Counted from the first letter of the stretch, positions 25,678 through 36,046 are shown. The stretch: 64,000 nt of DNA from Eubacteriales bacterium (GCA_045653505.1 JAZOLZ010000007.1:4447-68446); one strand, 5' to 3'. Program-made: numbers and translations. The notes: generated by a model from the letters alone, not told the origin.

Positions 25678-26949
25678 TTTTACAAGACCGCGTTGCTCCG
25701 ACAGATGCTTTACTCTGTCGGAGCCTTTTATTGTTGCGCCAAGAGAAAGAATAACTAAAAATAAAAGCAAAAAATCAACTGAAGAAATTATGTAAATGCT
25801 ATCAAAAAAGGCGCCGAGAGCCAAAAAAAGAATGAACAGTGTTTCAAATATTGGAACAGTGATTTTTGGAAATACAAAACTAAAGCAGCTCTTACCGTAA
25901 TAGTACCAGCACACAACAGTGGAAAAGGCAAAAAGAAAAATAAGCAAAAGCAGAGTGTATCCCGAAAGAGAGCCGAGGACTGAGGAAAAGGCGGAAATTA
26001 TAAGGGACATACCGTTTTTATAGGACGAAAAATCCGGTACGGCAAGAAGGATCGAAAAGGCTGAGAGCATACAAAGAAGTGTGGTGTCAAAAAAGACCTC
26101 ACACATACCTAAAAGCCCCTGCTCGACGGGGTCGGCAGATGTGTTTTTTATATGCGCAAGGCTTGAGGTGCCTGCACCTGCCTCGTTAGAAAGTATACCC
26201 CTGGCATAGCCCTCGCTTATCCTTTTTGAAAAAAGAAACGTTAGTATACCACCACCGATACTCTCGGGGGTAAATGCGGATTTTATAATAAGTTCTATCA
26301 CGCCAGGCAATTTTGATGTGTTAGTAAAAATCACCCAAAAAGACAGCAAAATGTAAATTACAGTAGTCAAAGGTATGATATAAGCCGTTATTTTTTCTAT
26401 GTTGCTGCCAAACTTAGTAATTGCAATTACAACTAAAACAACGAGAACAGCGGCAGTAATCGCAGGTGATAAATCGCACTCTCTTGCGCTGTCAAGAATA
26501 GCATTTGCCTGCAGGGCACTGCCCATAGTAAGGGCAATCAAAATACACAAGAATGCGTATAGCACACCAAGGGGCTTGCCGTGTTTTTTAAAGCTGTACT
26601 GTACAATCCTCATCATACCCGATGTGCCGTGTTTTTTTAAAAGATCAATTGATAAAACCGTCTCGGAGTATTTTAAAACCGAGGAGAAAAGCGAAGAAAT
26701 AAACAGCCAGAAAACACTGCCAGCGCCCCCTAAAATTATGCCCATTGCAACGCCGCTTATATTACCTACGCCAAGAGTACCGGCAAGAGCAAGGCACAGA
26801 CTCTCCGTACTCCTTTTTTTATCTCTTTTAAATGAGGATACAAGCACCTTTATGCTTTTTATGGGATGAAGAATAAAAAATGCCCTCAGTTTTATCAGAA
26901 GATACAGACCGCCAAAAGTTATTAAGATAGGTAAAATTACTGTAGACAT
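25627..26949 (-). CDS. alanine/glycine:cation symporter (AGCS) family transporter
   Basis: LAGTLGVGNISGVAMGIILGGAGSVFWLF is the AGCS signature region. Polytopic. Confidence 0.8.
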   Translation of the reverse strand: MSTVILPILITFGGLYLLIKLRAFFILHPIKSIKVLVSSFKRDKKRSTESLCLALAGTLGVGNISGVAMGIILGGAGSVFWLFISSLFSSVLKYSETVLSIDLLKKHGTSGMMRIVQYSFKKHGKPLGVLYAFLCILIALTMGSALQANAILDSARECDLSPAITAAVLVVLVVIAITKFGSNIEKITAYIIPLTTVIYILLSFWVIFTNTSKLPGVIELIIKSAFTPESIGGGILTFLFSKRISEGYARGILSNEAGAGTSSLAHIKNTSADPVEQGLLGMCEVFFDTTLLCMLSAFSILLAVPDFSSYKNGMSLIISAFSSVLGSLSGYTLLLLIFLFAFSTVVCWYYYGKSCFSFVFPKITVPIFETLFILFLALGAFFDSIYIISSVDFLLLFLVILSLGATIKGSDRVKHLSEQRGLVKLKNTNVAEVEDAIIEQ

Positions 26950-26999
26950 AAAAAAGACCCTCCGCTAAAATGTATGCGAAAGGGTCTTTTGTTATTAAA

Positions 27000-27470
27000 T
27001 TAAAAAATCAGAGTTATGAGCGTATAGAGCACAACAGCACCTATTATTACACCGAAAATAATGTTGGTGACAAAATCAAGCCTTTTTCCTTTTTCCTCAT
27101 CAATCCTGTCAAGTTCCTTATCCTCCTCACTCTCCAGCATATCCTCGGGTATCTCGTACTCCTCCTCGGATACATCGTCAAGAGCAAAGTCGTACTCCCC
27201 TGCCTTTATCTTTTCAAGCCTCTCGTTTGCCGAAAGCAGAATAAGATTTGTAGCATCTATTACAGGCGTGTCGTAGGCATCGCACATAGAAAGTTTATTA
27301 GCAAGACTGTGCATAGCATCCTCTATCTCACTTACTTCCCTGCCGAATTTTGCTTTTTCAATCTCTGCCTCACAAGAGGGGCAAAGAAGTCTTGGATTGC
27401 CAAAGCCGCTCATTGTGAGAATAGCGCCATCCTCATTCGCTTGATTTGTGCAAAGACAACAACTTTTCAT
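27000..27470 (-). CDS. hypothetical Cys-rich protein with C-terminal TM helix
   Basis: CCLC...CPSC motifs, an acidic middle region and a hydrophobic tail. Confidence 0.5.
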   Translation of the reverse strand: MKSCCLCTNQANEDGAILTMSGFGNPRLLCPSCEAEIEKAKFGREVSEIEDAMHSLANKLSMCDAYDTPVIDATNLILLSANERLEKIKAGEYDFALDDVSEEEYEIPEDMLESEEDKELDRIDEEKGKRLDFVTNIIFGVIIGAVVLYTLITLIF

Positions 27471-27632
27471 TTACGCCTCTCCTTTTTGTATTTCGCCACG
27501 CAGTTTTTGTCTGAACTCGGTAAGATATTCCTTATAAAGCGCTTCCTTCTCCTTGATTTCGCTCTCGGTAAGAGGGCGCTCCGCCTTTATTCTCGCAAGT
27601 TCGTTTATTCTGTCAATCTTTATTTTTTCCAT
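27471..27632 (-). CDS. DUF896 (UPF0291, YnzC-like) small protein
   Basis: Not in the ORF track (53 aa): MEKIKIDRINELARIKAERPLTESEIKEKEALYKEYLTEFRQKLRGEIQKGEA. The pattern is typical of this family. Confidence 0.6.
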   Translation of the reverse strand: MEKIKIDRINELARIKAERPLTESEIKEKEALYKEYLTEFRQKLRGEIQKGEA

Positions 27633-27849
27633 ATCTACTCCGATGGGATCAAAATATTTACGTGAAATATTATACCCGTTTTATAAGTCGGTGTCAACAT
27701 TTTTAAAAAAATGTTTAAATACGGAGCAAAAAGAGAATAAGATATAAGCCGTTTTGTGAGCATTTTATAAAATTTTTGTTAAATGCCTTGCAAAGTTACA
27801 CTGTTTATGTTACAATTACTGGGATAATAAAATTTGAAAGGTATTTGAT

Positions 27850-28236
27850 ATGCAGAACTATTTACTTCTTATGCTCGAGGGTGAAGCAGACCCTTGGTCA
27901 TCTCTTATTTCTATCGGTCTTATCGTAGTAATGTTCGTAGTGCTCTACTTCTTTATGATCCGTCCCCAGAAGAAGCAGCAGAAGGAACAGCAGGATATGC
28001 GTAACAGCCTTGCAGTAGGCGATGAGGTTACAACTATCGGCGGTATTATCGGTAAGGTAGTTTCTATCAAGGGCGAGACCTTTGTGCTTGAAACAACCAA
28101 GGAAAAGACACACATCCGTTTCCTTAAGGGTGCTGTAGGCTCTATCGACGTTAAGGCTGAAGATATTGCTAAGGCTGTTATTGAGGAGCAGAATGCTGAG
28201 GCCGAGACTGAAGCAAAGGCTGTAGAGACAAAATAA
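27850..28236 (+). CDS. yajC: preprotein translocase subunit YajC
   Basis: FFMIRPQKKQQKEQQDMRNSLAVGDEVTTIGGIIGKVVSI. Confidence 0.85.
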   Translation: MQNYLLLMLEGEADPWSSLISIGLIVVMFVVLYFFMIRPQKKQQKEQQDMRNSLAVGDEVTTIGGIIGKVVSIKGETFVLETTKEKTHIRFLKGAVGSIDVKAEDIAKAVIEEQNAEAETEAKAVETK

Positions 28237-28297
28237 TTTGTCATAAATAAAAGAACTCCCGAATAGATTATACCAGTCTATTTGGGGGTCTTTTTTT

Positions 28298-28699
28298 ATG
28301 AAAAAGAGAAAAAAACAAAGTGCTATCAGTATCTTGATTATTAACGTTTTATTTTATATGATCACGCCTCTTATTATCTCACTGTTATTTACCGCCCTTG
28401 CCTGTCTTTACAAAAATCCGCTTGATCTTACCGGTATTCTCGGTCTTTTATCTCTTTTAATCTCGGGAGCCGTGTGCGGATTTGTAAACGTAAAAACGAA
28501 CAAGGATAAGGGTATAAAAATGCCCCTTATATCTTCTCTTATTGCCACCCTTGTGCTTTTTGTCGCATCCCTTTTTGTTTGTGGCACAGAGGGTATTTTG
28601 AGAACATTAATGAACTGTGCGTGCTATATTCTTTCATGCCTGCTTTTTGCCACCCTTGCAAAAAGAGAAAGAAGGCATAAAAGAAAAAGAAGAGTGTGA
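28298..28699 (+). CDS. hypothetical membrane protein
   Basis: Four hydrophobic segments and a basic C-terminus. Confidence 0.45.
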   Translation: MKKRKKQSAISILIINVLFYMITPLIISLLFTALACLYKNPLDLTGILGLLSLLISGAVCGFVNVKTNKDKGIKMPLISSLIATLVLFVASLFVCGTEGILRTLMNCACYILSCLLFATLAKRERRHKRKRRV

Positions 28700-28793
28700 T
28701 TAATAGATTTTTGACCGTTTTTGACAATATTTATTTACAAAAAAGCAAAAATGCTTGGAACCGAACATCCAAGCATTTTTTGTTTGTTTTTAG

Positions 28794-29630
28794 TTATACA
28801 AGGCCGAGACGCTTTATGTAAAGCGGCAGACTCTCCTCAAAATTAACACCGTAAAATCTTGCATCCTTATCATCTATTGTCCTTTGCATACAGTCAAGAA
28901 CAAAGTCAACCGCAATTGTAAGGGACTCCTCAAGACTCTTGCCGCTCATAAATGCGCCTACTATAACCGAGGCAAATATATCACCGGTGCCGTGGAATGA
29001 GTAAGGTAATTTTTTGGTAAAATAGTAGAAGTATTTATCATTTTGACTGTCGTACATATACGCGCCAATAGTATCGGGTGTAAAACTAACGCCGCTGATA
29101 ACGGCAATCTTAGCGCCAAGGGCAGTAAGTTTTTTAAGTACATCCTTTATATAATCCTCATCATACTCAGTAACGTAGGGTATATCGAGCATAAAGGACG
29201 CCTCTGTAAGATTAGGGATAATTATATCGGCCTTTGATGAGAGTTTTGCCATGTTTTTTGCAAACTCAGGGCTGAATCCCTTATAAAGTTTGCCGTTATC
29301 TGCCATAACGGGGTCGATGATTATTTTGCAGTTTTCTCCACCAAATCTATCAAAGAAATCGGAAACAAGGGAAAGCTGCTCAAATGAGCCAAGATATCCC
29401 GTGTAGATTGCAGAGAAATCGATATCAAGATCACTAAAGGTATCGGATATAGGCTGTATCTCGTCAGTTAAGTCCTTAAATGTGTATTTCGAGAACATCG
29501 TATGGGTTGAAAGCACTGCTGTAGGCAAAACAGCCGTCTCAACACCTGCAGCCGAGATAATCGGCAAAGCAACTGTAAGCGAGCACTTGCCGACGCAGGA
29601 GATGTCCTGGATTGTGATTATTCTTTTCAT
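28794..29630 (-). CDS. pyridoxal/pyridoxamine kinase
   Basis: IQDISCVGKCSLTVALPIISAAGVETAVLPTAVLSTHT and GTGDIFAS are ribokinase-fold PdxK motifs. Confidence 0.8.
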   Translation of the reverse strand: MKRIITIQDISCVGKCSLTVALPIISAAGVETAVLPTAVLSTHTMFSKYTFKDLTDEIQPISDTFSDLDIDFSAIYTGYLGSFEQLSLVSDFFDRFGGENCKIIIDPVMADNGKLYKGFSPEFAKNMAKLSSKADIIIPNLTEASFMLDIPYVTEYDEDYIKDVLKKLTALGAKIAVISGVSFTPDTIGAYMYDSQNDKYFYYFTKKLPYSFHGTGDIFASVIVGAFMSGKSLEESLTIAVDFVLDCMQRTIDDKDARFYGVNFEESLPLYIKRLGLV

Positions 29631-29641
29631 TTTCTTCTTTC

Positions 29642-30862
29642 CTATTCCTTAATAATTTTTATTCTTGCGCCAAGGCGTAAAAGTTTTTTATCTATACCGC
29701 TGTAGCCGCGTTTGATAAGCGAGGCGCAGGCGATTGAGGACTGCCCCTTTGCATAAAGTGAGGTAAGCAGCATTGCCGCGCCTGCCCTTAAATCACAGGC
29801 AGTTACGTCAGCAGAATGAATTTTTGATTTATAAATTTCACATCCGTGTGAAAAACGGCGTGATTTTATACCGAATTTTTCAAGCTCACTAAGATAACCA
29901 AAACGATTATACCACACGCCCTCACATATTTTGCCGCCGCCGTATTTGGCAAGAAGCGGAGCAAAAAGCGGAGCAATATCGGTGGGAAAAAGCGGATAGG
30001 CGCCTGTCATAATCTCGGTGTAACGCACACCGTCTTCTTTAAGAGCAACCGTACCGTCCTTTATATCAAAGGTAAAGCCCATATTTATAAGTTTATTTTT
30101 GGCATAGCCAAGACCCTCATGCGACAAAACGCGTACCTCGCCGCCTGTCATAGGGCCAAGCAAAAGATAGGTACCTGCCTCAATGGGATCGGGCGGAATA
30201 GTTATAAAGGAACCATGAAGGCTTGAACCGATAACTGTAATGCGACCGGCGTCCTTATATATCTTAGCCCCCGCATTTTTCAAAAATTCAATAAGAGTAT
30301 CAATATGCGGTTCTCTTGCCGGATTGATTATTTTTGTAATACCAAAGGCACTTGCGGACAAAAGCAACGCATTGACGGTTGCACCTACCGAGGTCTTTAA
30401 AAAAACGATGGTGTTACCGACAAGACGCTTTGATAAAAGTATACCGTTATCTAAGGTTGCGCCTAAAGATATTGCAGAGGATATATGCATATCTATCGGC
30501 CGAATGTCAAAGTTACATCCACCGATATCCGACAGTTCATATCTGCCAAACCTAGCAAGGCATCCACCCAAAAGATAGATAGACGCTCGCAGTGATGACA
30601 TAAGCGCCAAGGGAACTCTTTTATAGTTAAGCGAGCGTGTATCTATTGTAAGAGTGTTGTTACTGAAATTGATATTCGCCCCAAAATCTGCCAGTATTTG
30701 CAAAGCATTGTTTACATCTATGATGTCAGGAACATTTTTTATTACACTGACACCGTCGAGTAAAAGTGTGGCAAATATGATAGGCAGCACGGCATTTTTG
30801 GCACCGTCTATTTTTACATCCCCCACAAGAGGGACACCGCCCTCAACTATAAAATCTTCCAT
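29642..30862 (-). CDS. murA: UDP-N-acetylglucosamine 1-carboxyvinyltransferase
   Basis: VEGGVPLVGDVKIDGAKNAVLPIIFATLL, 406 aa, EPSP-synthase fold pattern. Confidence 0.8.
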   Translation of the reverse strand: MEDFIVEGGVPLVGDVKIDGAKNAVLPIIFATLLLDGVSVIKNVPDIIDVNNALQILADFGANINFSNNTLTIDTRSLNYKRVPLALMSSLRASIYLLGGCLARFGRYELSDIGGCNFDIRPIDMHISSAISLGATLDNGILLSKRLVGNTIVFLKTSVGATVNALLLSASAFGITKIINPAREPHIDTLIEFLKNAGAKIYKDAGRITVIGSSLHGSFITIPPDPIEAGTYLLLGPMTGGEVRVLSHEGLGYAKNKLINMGFTFDIKDGTVALKEDGVRYTEIMTGAYPLFPTDIAPLFAPLLAKYGGGKICEGVWYNRFGYLSELEKFGIKSRRFSHGCEIYKSKIHSADVTACDLRAGAAMLLTSLYAKGQSSIACASLIKRGYSGIDKKLLRLGARIKIIKE

Positions 30863-30926
30863 AAGTTATCCTTTTTTGGTTATTGGATACACTTATATAA
30901 TATTCCTTTGGGGTATTTTAGTGATT

Positions 30927-32012
30927 TTATTTTTCCTTATAATAGGCTACGGCAAGACGGGTAACTAAACTGTAACTTATAGTACCCTCAGTGCCCTGCA
31001 GTTTAAGATAGGTATCGTTAACCGTATCGGATACGTCACCTATAAAGGTATCGGCATAGTATCTTATCACTGCGTTTGATGCCTTTATATCGTTTTTAAT
31101 GGGTGTGGGCATAGAGGTATAAAGTTCTCTGTATGCGTCAACGTCGTGCCGGGCGTAGGATGATATAACGTATTCAAATATATTGAGATAACCGCTGTAG
31201 CGTATAAAATCGTCATCCGAATTAATGCAAGTCAGAAAGGCAACGAAATTAGCCTCATTCTCTCGCGCTATGCCTCTTTGATGCGCAAACTCGTGCGCTA
31301 CGGTAAACGGTCTATTATAGTCTGTATAAACGGTATTGACGTTTGCCTCACCCGTAAAGTAACTGTATATACCGGATATACCTGCATAACCGAAAAGATC
31401 GTCCATAAGGATAACCTTTGCCCTTGTCTCAAAGGTCTTTAATATCCCGTATTCATCCTCAATTTTTTTATATGCTTTGCACAGTTTATCCGAGAGTGTG
31501 TCAAGGTCATAGGGCATCACGGATGCGCCGTCTTCACCGTAATTGATTTTTTCACTTAACGGCACGAGTTCTGATATAATATTCTCAAGAGTATTTTCAA
31601 TATCCTCTCTCGTTATCTCTGTATCGGTATAGCCGAGTTGTTCTTTAAGCGGCGCTGCCTGATATCCAAAGCCGAGAGTGAGGGTAAAGAGTGAGTAAAA
31701 GAGAGTTAAAACCGAGACAAAGCCAACGACAAAGCGCACACGCTTAACCTTATCCTTAAAAGAAACTACCGCACGCCAGACAACAAGCGCCAGAATGGGG
31801 ATTATCAAAAAGACAAGTATCTGCGCTAAGGAAAACGGCAAAGGATTTGTCATAGAGGCAATGAGCGAGCGGAAGAAATATCCCACACTCTGATTATACC
31901 CTGTGGCAAAGCCGTCAAGGTTTGATATAAGAATACCGAAAATCAAGGAGAAAATAAAAAACGCAAAAAGAACGACGGAATAAATCGGTACATATTTAAG
32001 TATCTTTTTCAT
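30927..32012 (-). CDS. DUF3810-family membrane protein (HExxH-like metallopeptidase motif)
   Basis: Three N-terminal TM helices. HEFAHQRG is typical of DUF3810. Confidence 0.65.
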   Translation of the reverse strand: MKKILKYVPIYSVVLFAFFIFSLIFGILISNLDGFATGYNQSVGYFFRSLIASMTNPLPFSLAQILVFLIIPILALVVWRAVVSFKDKVKRVRFVVGFVSVLTLFYSLFTLTLGFGYQAAPLKEQLGYTDTEITREDIENTLENIISELVPLSEKINYGEDGASVMPYDLDTLSDKLCKAYKKIEDEYGILKTFETRAKVILMDDLFGYAGISGIYSYFTGEANVNTVYTDYNRPFTVAHEFAHQRGIARENEANFVAFLTCINSDDDFIRYSGYLNIFEYVISSYARHDVDAYRELYTSMPTPIKNDIKASNAVIRYYADTFIGDVSDTVNDTYLKLQGTEGTISYSLVTRLAVAYYKEK

Positions 32013-32069
32013 ATTTCCTCCTTTTTTGTATTTTAAAATAGTTTGCCTTAGTTTTTAAATTATATAAGC

Positions 32070-33680
32070 CTAAAGTTTTTCAAATCTTTTTGCCATAGGA
32101 ATAAGCAAAAGAATAGCAAATACGGTACTAAGGGCTATCAAAATAAGTAACTGCACTATAATCGCCACAGTCTGCAATCCTAAAAATGCCATTAAAATGC
32201 TGAGTGACATAATGCCGACACCGATTACCATCTGCCCCATCATTGTAACAAACGTAGCAAGAGACTGCTTTATGGGCTGCGCCTCATTTTCATAATCAAA
32301 TTTGGGAAAGGCGGTGTTTATAAACATACCGAAAAATGCATTAAAGATATTTGCCACTTGCGGTGTGAGAATATAAAAGACCATCTCAAAGGGGCCTGCC
32401 TTACCCACTATGCCAAGGGCAATGCTTGTCAAAAGCGTGGGGATAGCGCATATTATAGTATGCGGCAGAGTCTTTGCCAAAAGCACCTCATATGACTTTA
32501 CGGGCATACTTTTAATTATCCATAGATTTTTGCCCTCAAGCGAAAGGGCCGATGAGGATATCGTGCAAAGGGATGCAAAAAAGATGATTGCACCGATAAA
32601 TATCGGAGCCAAAAGACTGCTCATAACACTGTTTATCATAGGGTCTTCAAAGAAACTGTTTATAAGCATATTTATCTCACCCGTACCAAAGAGCGCAAGC
32701 ACGGCTATGAGCACCATAAAGATAAGTCCCATCGCTCCGTTAAGAATATAGGTAGCGCTTGAAAAGAAACGTCCAAGTTCCTTTTTGGTAAGAGAAATAA
32801 GCGCAGTATTCTTTTTTGAAACCGTTTTCTTATAAGCCTTTTTGCTCTGTGACTTACGGTCGGTTACGATTTTTACGTAATTTTTGGAAATAATAAAATA
32901 GCAAAGCGAGGATACGCCCACACATACGGCTAAGAGCACTATGATCTCAAGGGGGGCAAGCAGTGCCGCATCGCCAAGAAATTTTACAGGGCTCATAGTA
33001 CTTGCAAGCGCGCCCGCATTTGCACCGAGGTCCTCAATAAAGTTATCCATCCCCTCTGTCATCGCGCTGTAAAGCATAATATAGGATATCACGAATATGA
33101 GCGAAAGTATTACTGTGGATAGGGTCTTGTTTTTCATCTTACGGCTGATAGCGGCAACCAAGGCGCCGACTCCCGCTGCAAGAGAGGTAGCAAGAAGCGG
33201 TATAGCAAGTGAAGAGATTACACCGCCTATTATACCCATAATATCACCCGTATACATAGCGTACACTATGACGGTGGGAACCATTACCACGGCTGTCTCA
33301 ACGTAATTGTATATAAGTACGACGCTTATGCGCATATTTACTATATCGCGTGGGCGAATGGGCATTGACAAAAGCAGATCGTTGTCCTTTGACTCAAAAA
33401 GTTCACTCTTAGTCTCAAAAATAGACATAAAGAAGACTAGAGAGAATGCAACCAAAAGGAAAAGAGCAAAATAAAGCCAGGAAAGACCGAGGTCTGCAAG
33501 AGGGACTAAAATTACTGCGTAAAGCGAGCACAGAGCAACAAATATACCTATAACAAAAAGGTAAAGGGCCGCAAAGCCAACCTTTTTCAGATTACTTGCC
33601 TTGTTTGCGTTTTTTACACCGCCTGAAAGCATAACGTTAAGGGTGCCGCTTATCTTTATATATATAAGGGTTTTAAGCAT
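32070..33680 (-). CDS. ABC-2-type transporter permease (putative)
   Basis: Large polytopic protein. The ATG at 33680 overlaps the ATPase stop (ATGCTTAA). An alternative start lies at 33707. Confidence 0.55.
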   Translation of the reverse strand: MLKTLIYIKISGTLNVMLSGGVKNANKASNLKKVGFAALYLFVIGIFVALCSLYAVILVPLADLGLSWLYFALFLLVAFSLVFFMSIFETKSELFESKDNDLLLSMPIRPRDIVNMRISVVLIYNYVETAVVMVPTVIVYAMYTGDIMGIIGGVISSLAIPLLATSLAAGVGALVAAISRKMKNKTLSTVILSLIFVISYIMLYSAMTEGMDNFIEDLGANAGALASTMSPVKFLGDAALLAPLEIIVLLAVCVGVSSLCYFIISKNYVKIVTDRKSQSKKAYKKTVSKKNTALISLTKKELGRFFSSATYILNGAMGLIFMVLIAVLALFGTGEINMLINSFFEDPMINSVMSSLLAPIFIGAIIFFASLCTISSSALSLEGKNLWIIKSMPVKSYEVLLAKTLPHTIICAIPTLLTSIALGIVGKAGPFEMVFYILTPQVANIFNAFFGMFINTAFPKFDYENEAQPIKQSLATFVTMMGQMVIGVGIMSLSILMAFLGLQTVAIIVQLLILIALSTVFAILLLIPMAKRFEKL

Positions 33681-34380
33681 CGGCAAGTTCAAGGAATACC
33701 TCTTCAAGAGAAGAGTTGCCCTTTACCTCCTCCATTGTTCCCTCGACTATAAGATTGCCGTCCTTTATTATAGCAACCTTGTCGCAAAGTTTTTCAGCAA
33801 CGTCAAGTACGTGAGTTGAGAAGAATATAGAGCCACCTGCCTCACAGTGCTCGCGCATCATAGCCTTAAGAGTATGGGATGCCTTAGGGTCAAGACCTAC
33901 AAAGGGCTCATCCATAAGGATAAGCTTTGGCGAATGGATCCAAGCGGAGATGATAGCCAGTTTTTGCTTCATACCGTGAGAATAGGTGGCTATCGGCGCA
34001 CCAAGATCAGGCGTAAGGGCAAGGAGATCTGCATAGTAGGATATTTTTTCATCCCTTTCCTTTGCATCAATGCCGTATACGTCTGCTATAAAATTAAGAT
34101 ATTTTATGCCCGAAAGAAAGTCGTAAAGATCGGGGTTATCGGGTATATATGCTATCACCTTTTTTGCCTCAAGGGGCTCAGCTTTAATAGACTTACCGTC
34201 AATATAGATTTCACCATTATCAAAGGAGATAAGGCCTACAGTCGCCTTAAGGGTGGTCGTTTTACCCGCACCGTTATGACCGATAAAGGCGCAAATAACG
34301 CCCCCCGGTATCTCTAAGGTAAGATCGTTTACGGCACATTTTTCGCCGTAGGTTTTTGTAAGATGAGAGATTTTAAGCAT
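33673..34380 (-). CDS. ABC transporter ATP-binding protein
   Basis: Walker A GHNGAGKTT, signature YSHGMKQKL and Walker B LILMDEP. Confidence 0.9.
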   Translation of the reverse strand: MLKISHLTKTYGEKCAVNDLTLEIPGGVICAFIGHNGAGKTTTLKATVGLISFDNGEIYIDGKSIKAEPLEAKKVIAYIPDNPDLYDFLSGIKYLNFIADVYGIDAKERDEKISYYADLLALTPDLGAPIATYSHGMKQKLAIISAWIHSPKLILMDEPFVGLDPKASHTLKAMMREHCEAGGSIFFSTHVLDVAEKLCDKVAIIKDGNLIVEGTMEEVKGNSSLEEVFLELADA

Positions 34381-34566
34381 ATGTCATACCTCTTTGCTGT
34401 ATCTTAGTCGGTTAGGCAATCCCCTCGTATCTATATAAGAAGGGGTCGAAAATTATGATACAATTATACAACACTATACTTTTGGTGTCAATATATTTTA
34501 AAAACTCACGCGCTAAAATATTGTAAATAAAATCAAAACAAAACTAAAATTAATCTATCATAGCAA

Positions 34567-34595
34567 TTGACATAAATGCATTTGTCTATTATAAT
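34567..34595 (+). promoter_or_regulatory. consensus sigma-A promoter for the SDR gene
   Basis: TTGACA, a 17-nt spacer, then TATAAT. Confidence 0.55.
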
Positions 34596-34626
34596 ATTTT
34601 TGACAATCAAAACAAGGAGAATTAAT

Positions 34627-35448
34627 ATGAAAAACGTATGTGTTATTACGGGTGGCGGAAGTGGAATGGGCTTTGCTGCCGCAAAATGTATGCCTAAGGA
34701 CAAAATAATATTGCTCACCGGCAGAACTTTATCAAAACTTGAAAAAGCAGTTGACGAACTTAAATCTCTTGGATACGAGGCTTATGCAAAAACTTGTGAC
34801 ACCTCCAAAAGAGAGCAGGTGCGCGAACTTGCAGAATATGCCGCAAGCCTTGGCGTGATTAAAAACGTAATAAATTCTGCAGGACTTTCTCCTGCTATGG
34901 CTGAACCTGAGATGCTTGTAAGAGTAAACGCTTTAGGCACAGTATATATCAACGAGGAATTCTCTAAACTTATGGGGGCAGGAAGTGTTATTGTTGACAT
35001 TTCATCAAACTCTGCGTATATACTCCCCGGCTTCCTCGCCAGCAAAAAGACCTTTGCCCTTGCAGACAAGGACGAGGAAAAGTTTATCAAAAAAATGCTT
35101 TCTTTACCCAGCAAATTGAAGGGTTACAAGGCATCCGGCCTTGCGTACGGACTTTCTAAAAAGTTTGTAATCTGGTATGCTGCAAAGTCGGCATACGATC
35201 TTGGCCCTAAGGGTATCAGAGTATGCTCATTAAGCCCCGGACTTATTGCAACCGATATGGGTGCGCTTGAGGCTGAGGAGGGCGCTAGCCTCCTTGATAC
35301 AACTGCAGAAAGACGTATGGGCAAGCCCGAGGAGTTGGGTTATGCTATCGCAACGGTTGCCGATGAAAGAAACGGTTATCTTGCGGGCGTTGATGTGCTG
35401 GTTGACGGCGGAAGCGTTGTTGGTAAAAAATTTATAAAGAAAAAGTAA
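34627..35448 (+). CDS. SDR-family oxidoreductase
   Basis: VCVITGGGSGMGFAAAK (TGxxxGxG) and YGLSK (YxxxK). The ATG at 34627 follows AAGGAGA. Confidence 0.85.
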   Translation: MKNVCVITGGGSGMGFAAAKCMPKDKIILLTGRTLSKLEKAVDELKSLGYEAYAKTCDTSKREQVRELAEYAASLGVIKNVINSAGLSPAMAEPEMLVRVNALGTVYINEEFSKLMGAGSVIVDISSNSAYILPGFLASKKTFALADKDEEKFIKKMLSLPSKLKGYKASGLAYGLSKKFVIWYAAKSAYDLGPKGIRVCSLSPGLIATDMGALEAEEGASLLDTTAERRMGKPEELGYAIATVADERNGYLAGVDVLVDGGSVVGKKFIKKK

Positions 35449-35466
35449 TATTTTGATAAAAATCAC

Positions 35467-35517
35467 ATCAGCCCAATGAGCAATCGGCAAAATGTACGCC
35501 TCGCTCATTGGGCTGAT
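35467..35517 (+). terminator. long hairpin after the SDR gene (no clear T tract)
   Basis: atcagcccaatgagc...gctcattgggctgat forms a 15-bp perfect stem. Confidence 0.4.
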
Positions 35518-35639
35518 ATTAATATGGAGGTATTTTAAGCCTTTAAGATTTAAATCCATTATTTACGCACACCAATCCCTGTTTTGCAGAAAAATATCCG
35601 GAATCAAAAAATTAATGCAGAGAAAAACAATACTCTGTA

Positions 35640-35668
35640 TTGACTTTTTACTTTTGTTTTGTTATAAT
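35640..35668 (+). promoter_or_regulatory. sigma-A promoter for tRNA-Pro
   Basis: TTGACT, a 17-nt spacer, then TATAAT, ending 18 nt before the tRNA. Confidence 0.55.
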
Positions 35669-35686
35669 AGTCTGCGTTAAGTATTT

Positions 35687-35762
35687 CGGGATGTAGCGCA
35701 GTTGGTAGCGCGCCTGCTTTGGGAGCAGGATGTCGCAGGTTCAAGTCCTGTCATTCCGACCA
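35687..35762 (+). tRNA. tRNA-Pro (anticodon TGG)
   Basis: CGGGATG acceptor pairs with CATTCCG. D arm GCGCAGTTGGTAGCGC. Anticodon arm CCTGC-TTTGGGA-GCAGG. T arm GCAGG-TTCAAGT-CCTGT. Encoded ACCA end. Confidence 0.9.
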
Positions 35763-35767
35763 AAAAA

Positions 35768-35805
35768 CCAAAGGGAGTAGATTTTTTACTCCCTTTGGTT
35801 TTTTT
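35768..35805 (+). terminator. rho-independent terminator of tRNA-Pro
   Basis: ccaaagggagta-gattttt-tactccctttgg is followed by ttttttt. Confidence 0.8.
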
Positions 35806-35990
35806 GGTTTGTATGACAAGGGTGCAGAACCTGCCTCCTCGTCAGTATGCAGTATTGAACTTTGTAAATCTCGGCTGACGAGGATTAAATTTACTCCTTG
35901 TTTTGCTTGCAAAATTGATGCGTATGTCGCATCAAGGGTAAATTGGGGGCGTTGGTGCTTTGATATACTGTGCCAACGCCTGTTCAACTT

Positions 35991-36012
35991 TCCTGTCATT
36001 CCGACCAAAAAA
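35991..36012 (+). repeat. direct copy of the last 16 nt of tRNA-Pro plus the A tract
   Basis: tcctgtcattccgaccaaaaaa is identical to 35746-35767. Weaker similarity extends into the T loop (ctgttcaac vs aggttcaag). Confidence 0.75.
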
Positions 36013-36046
36013 GACTGTGATTTTGATACATTTCGCTAAAAAGCTA

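Noticed and set aside
26970-27665. 231-aa plus-strand ORF
   Set aside because: It overlaps two minus-strand genes. One of them (27471-27632) is a recognisable DUF896 protein. The plus-strand product is low-complexity and lacks an RBS.
35719-36039. ORFs of 106 aa (+) and 85 aa (-) overlapping tRNA-Pro and its terminator
   Set aside because: They overlap a bona fide tRNA and hairpin-rich non-coding DNA, have no RBS and have low-complexity, odd composition.
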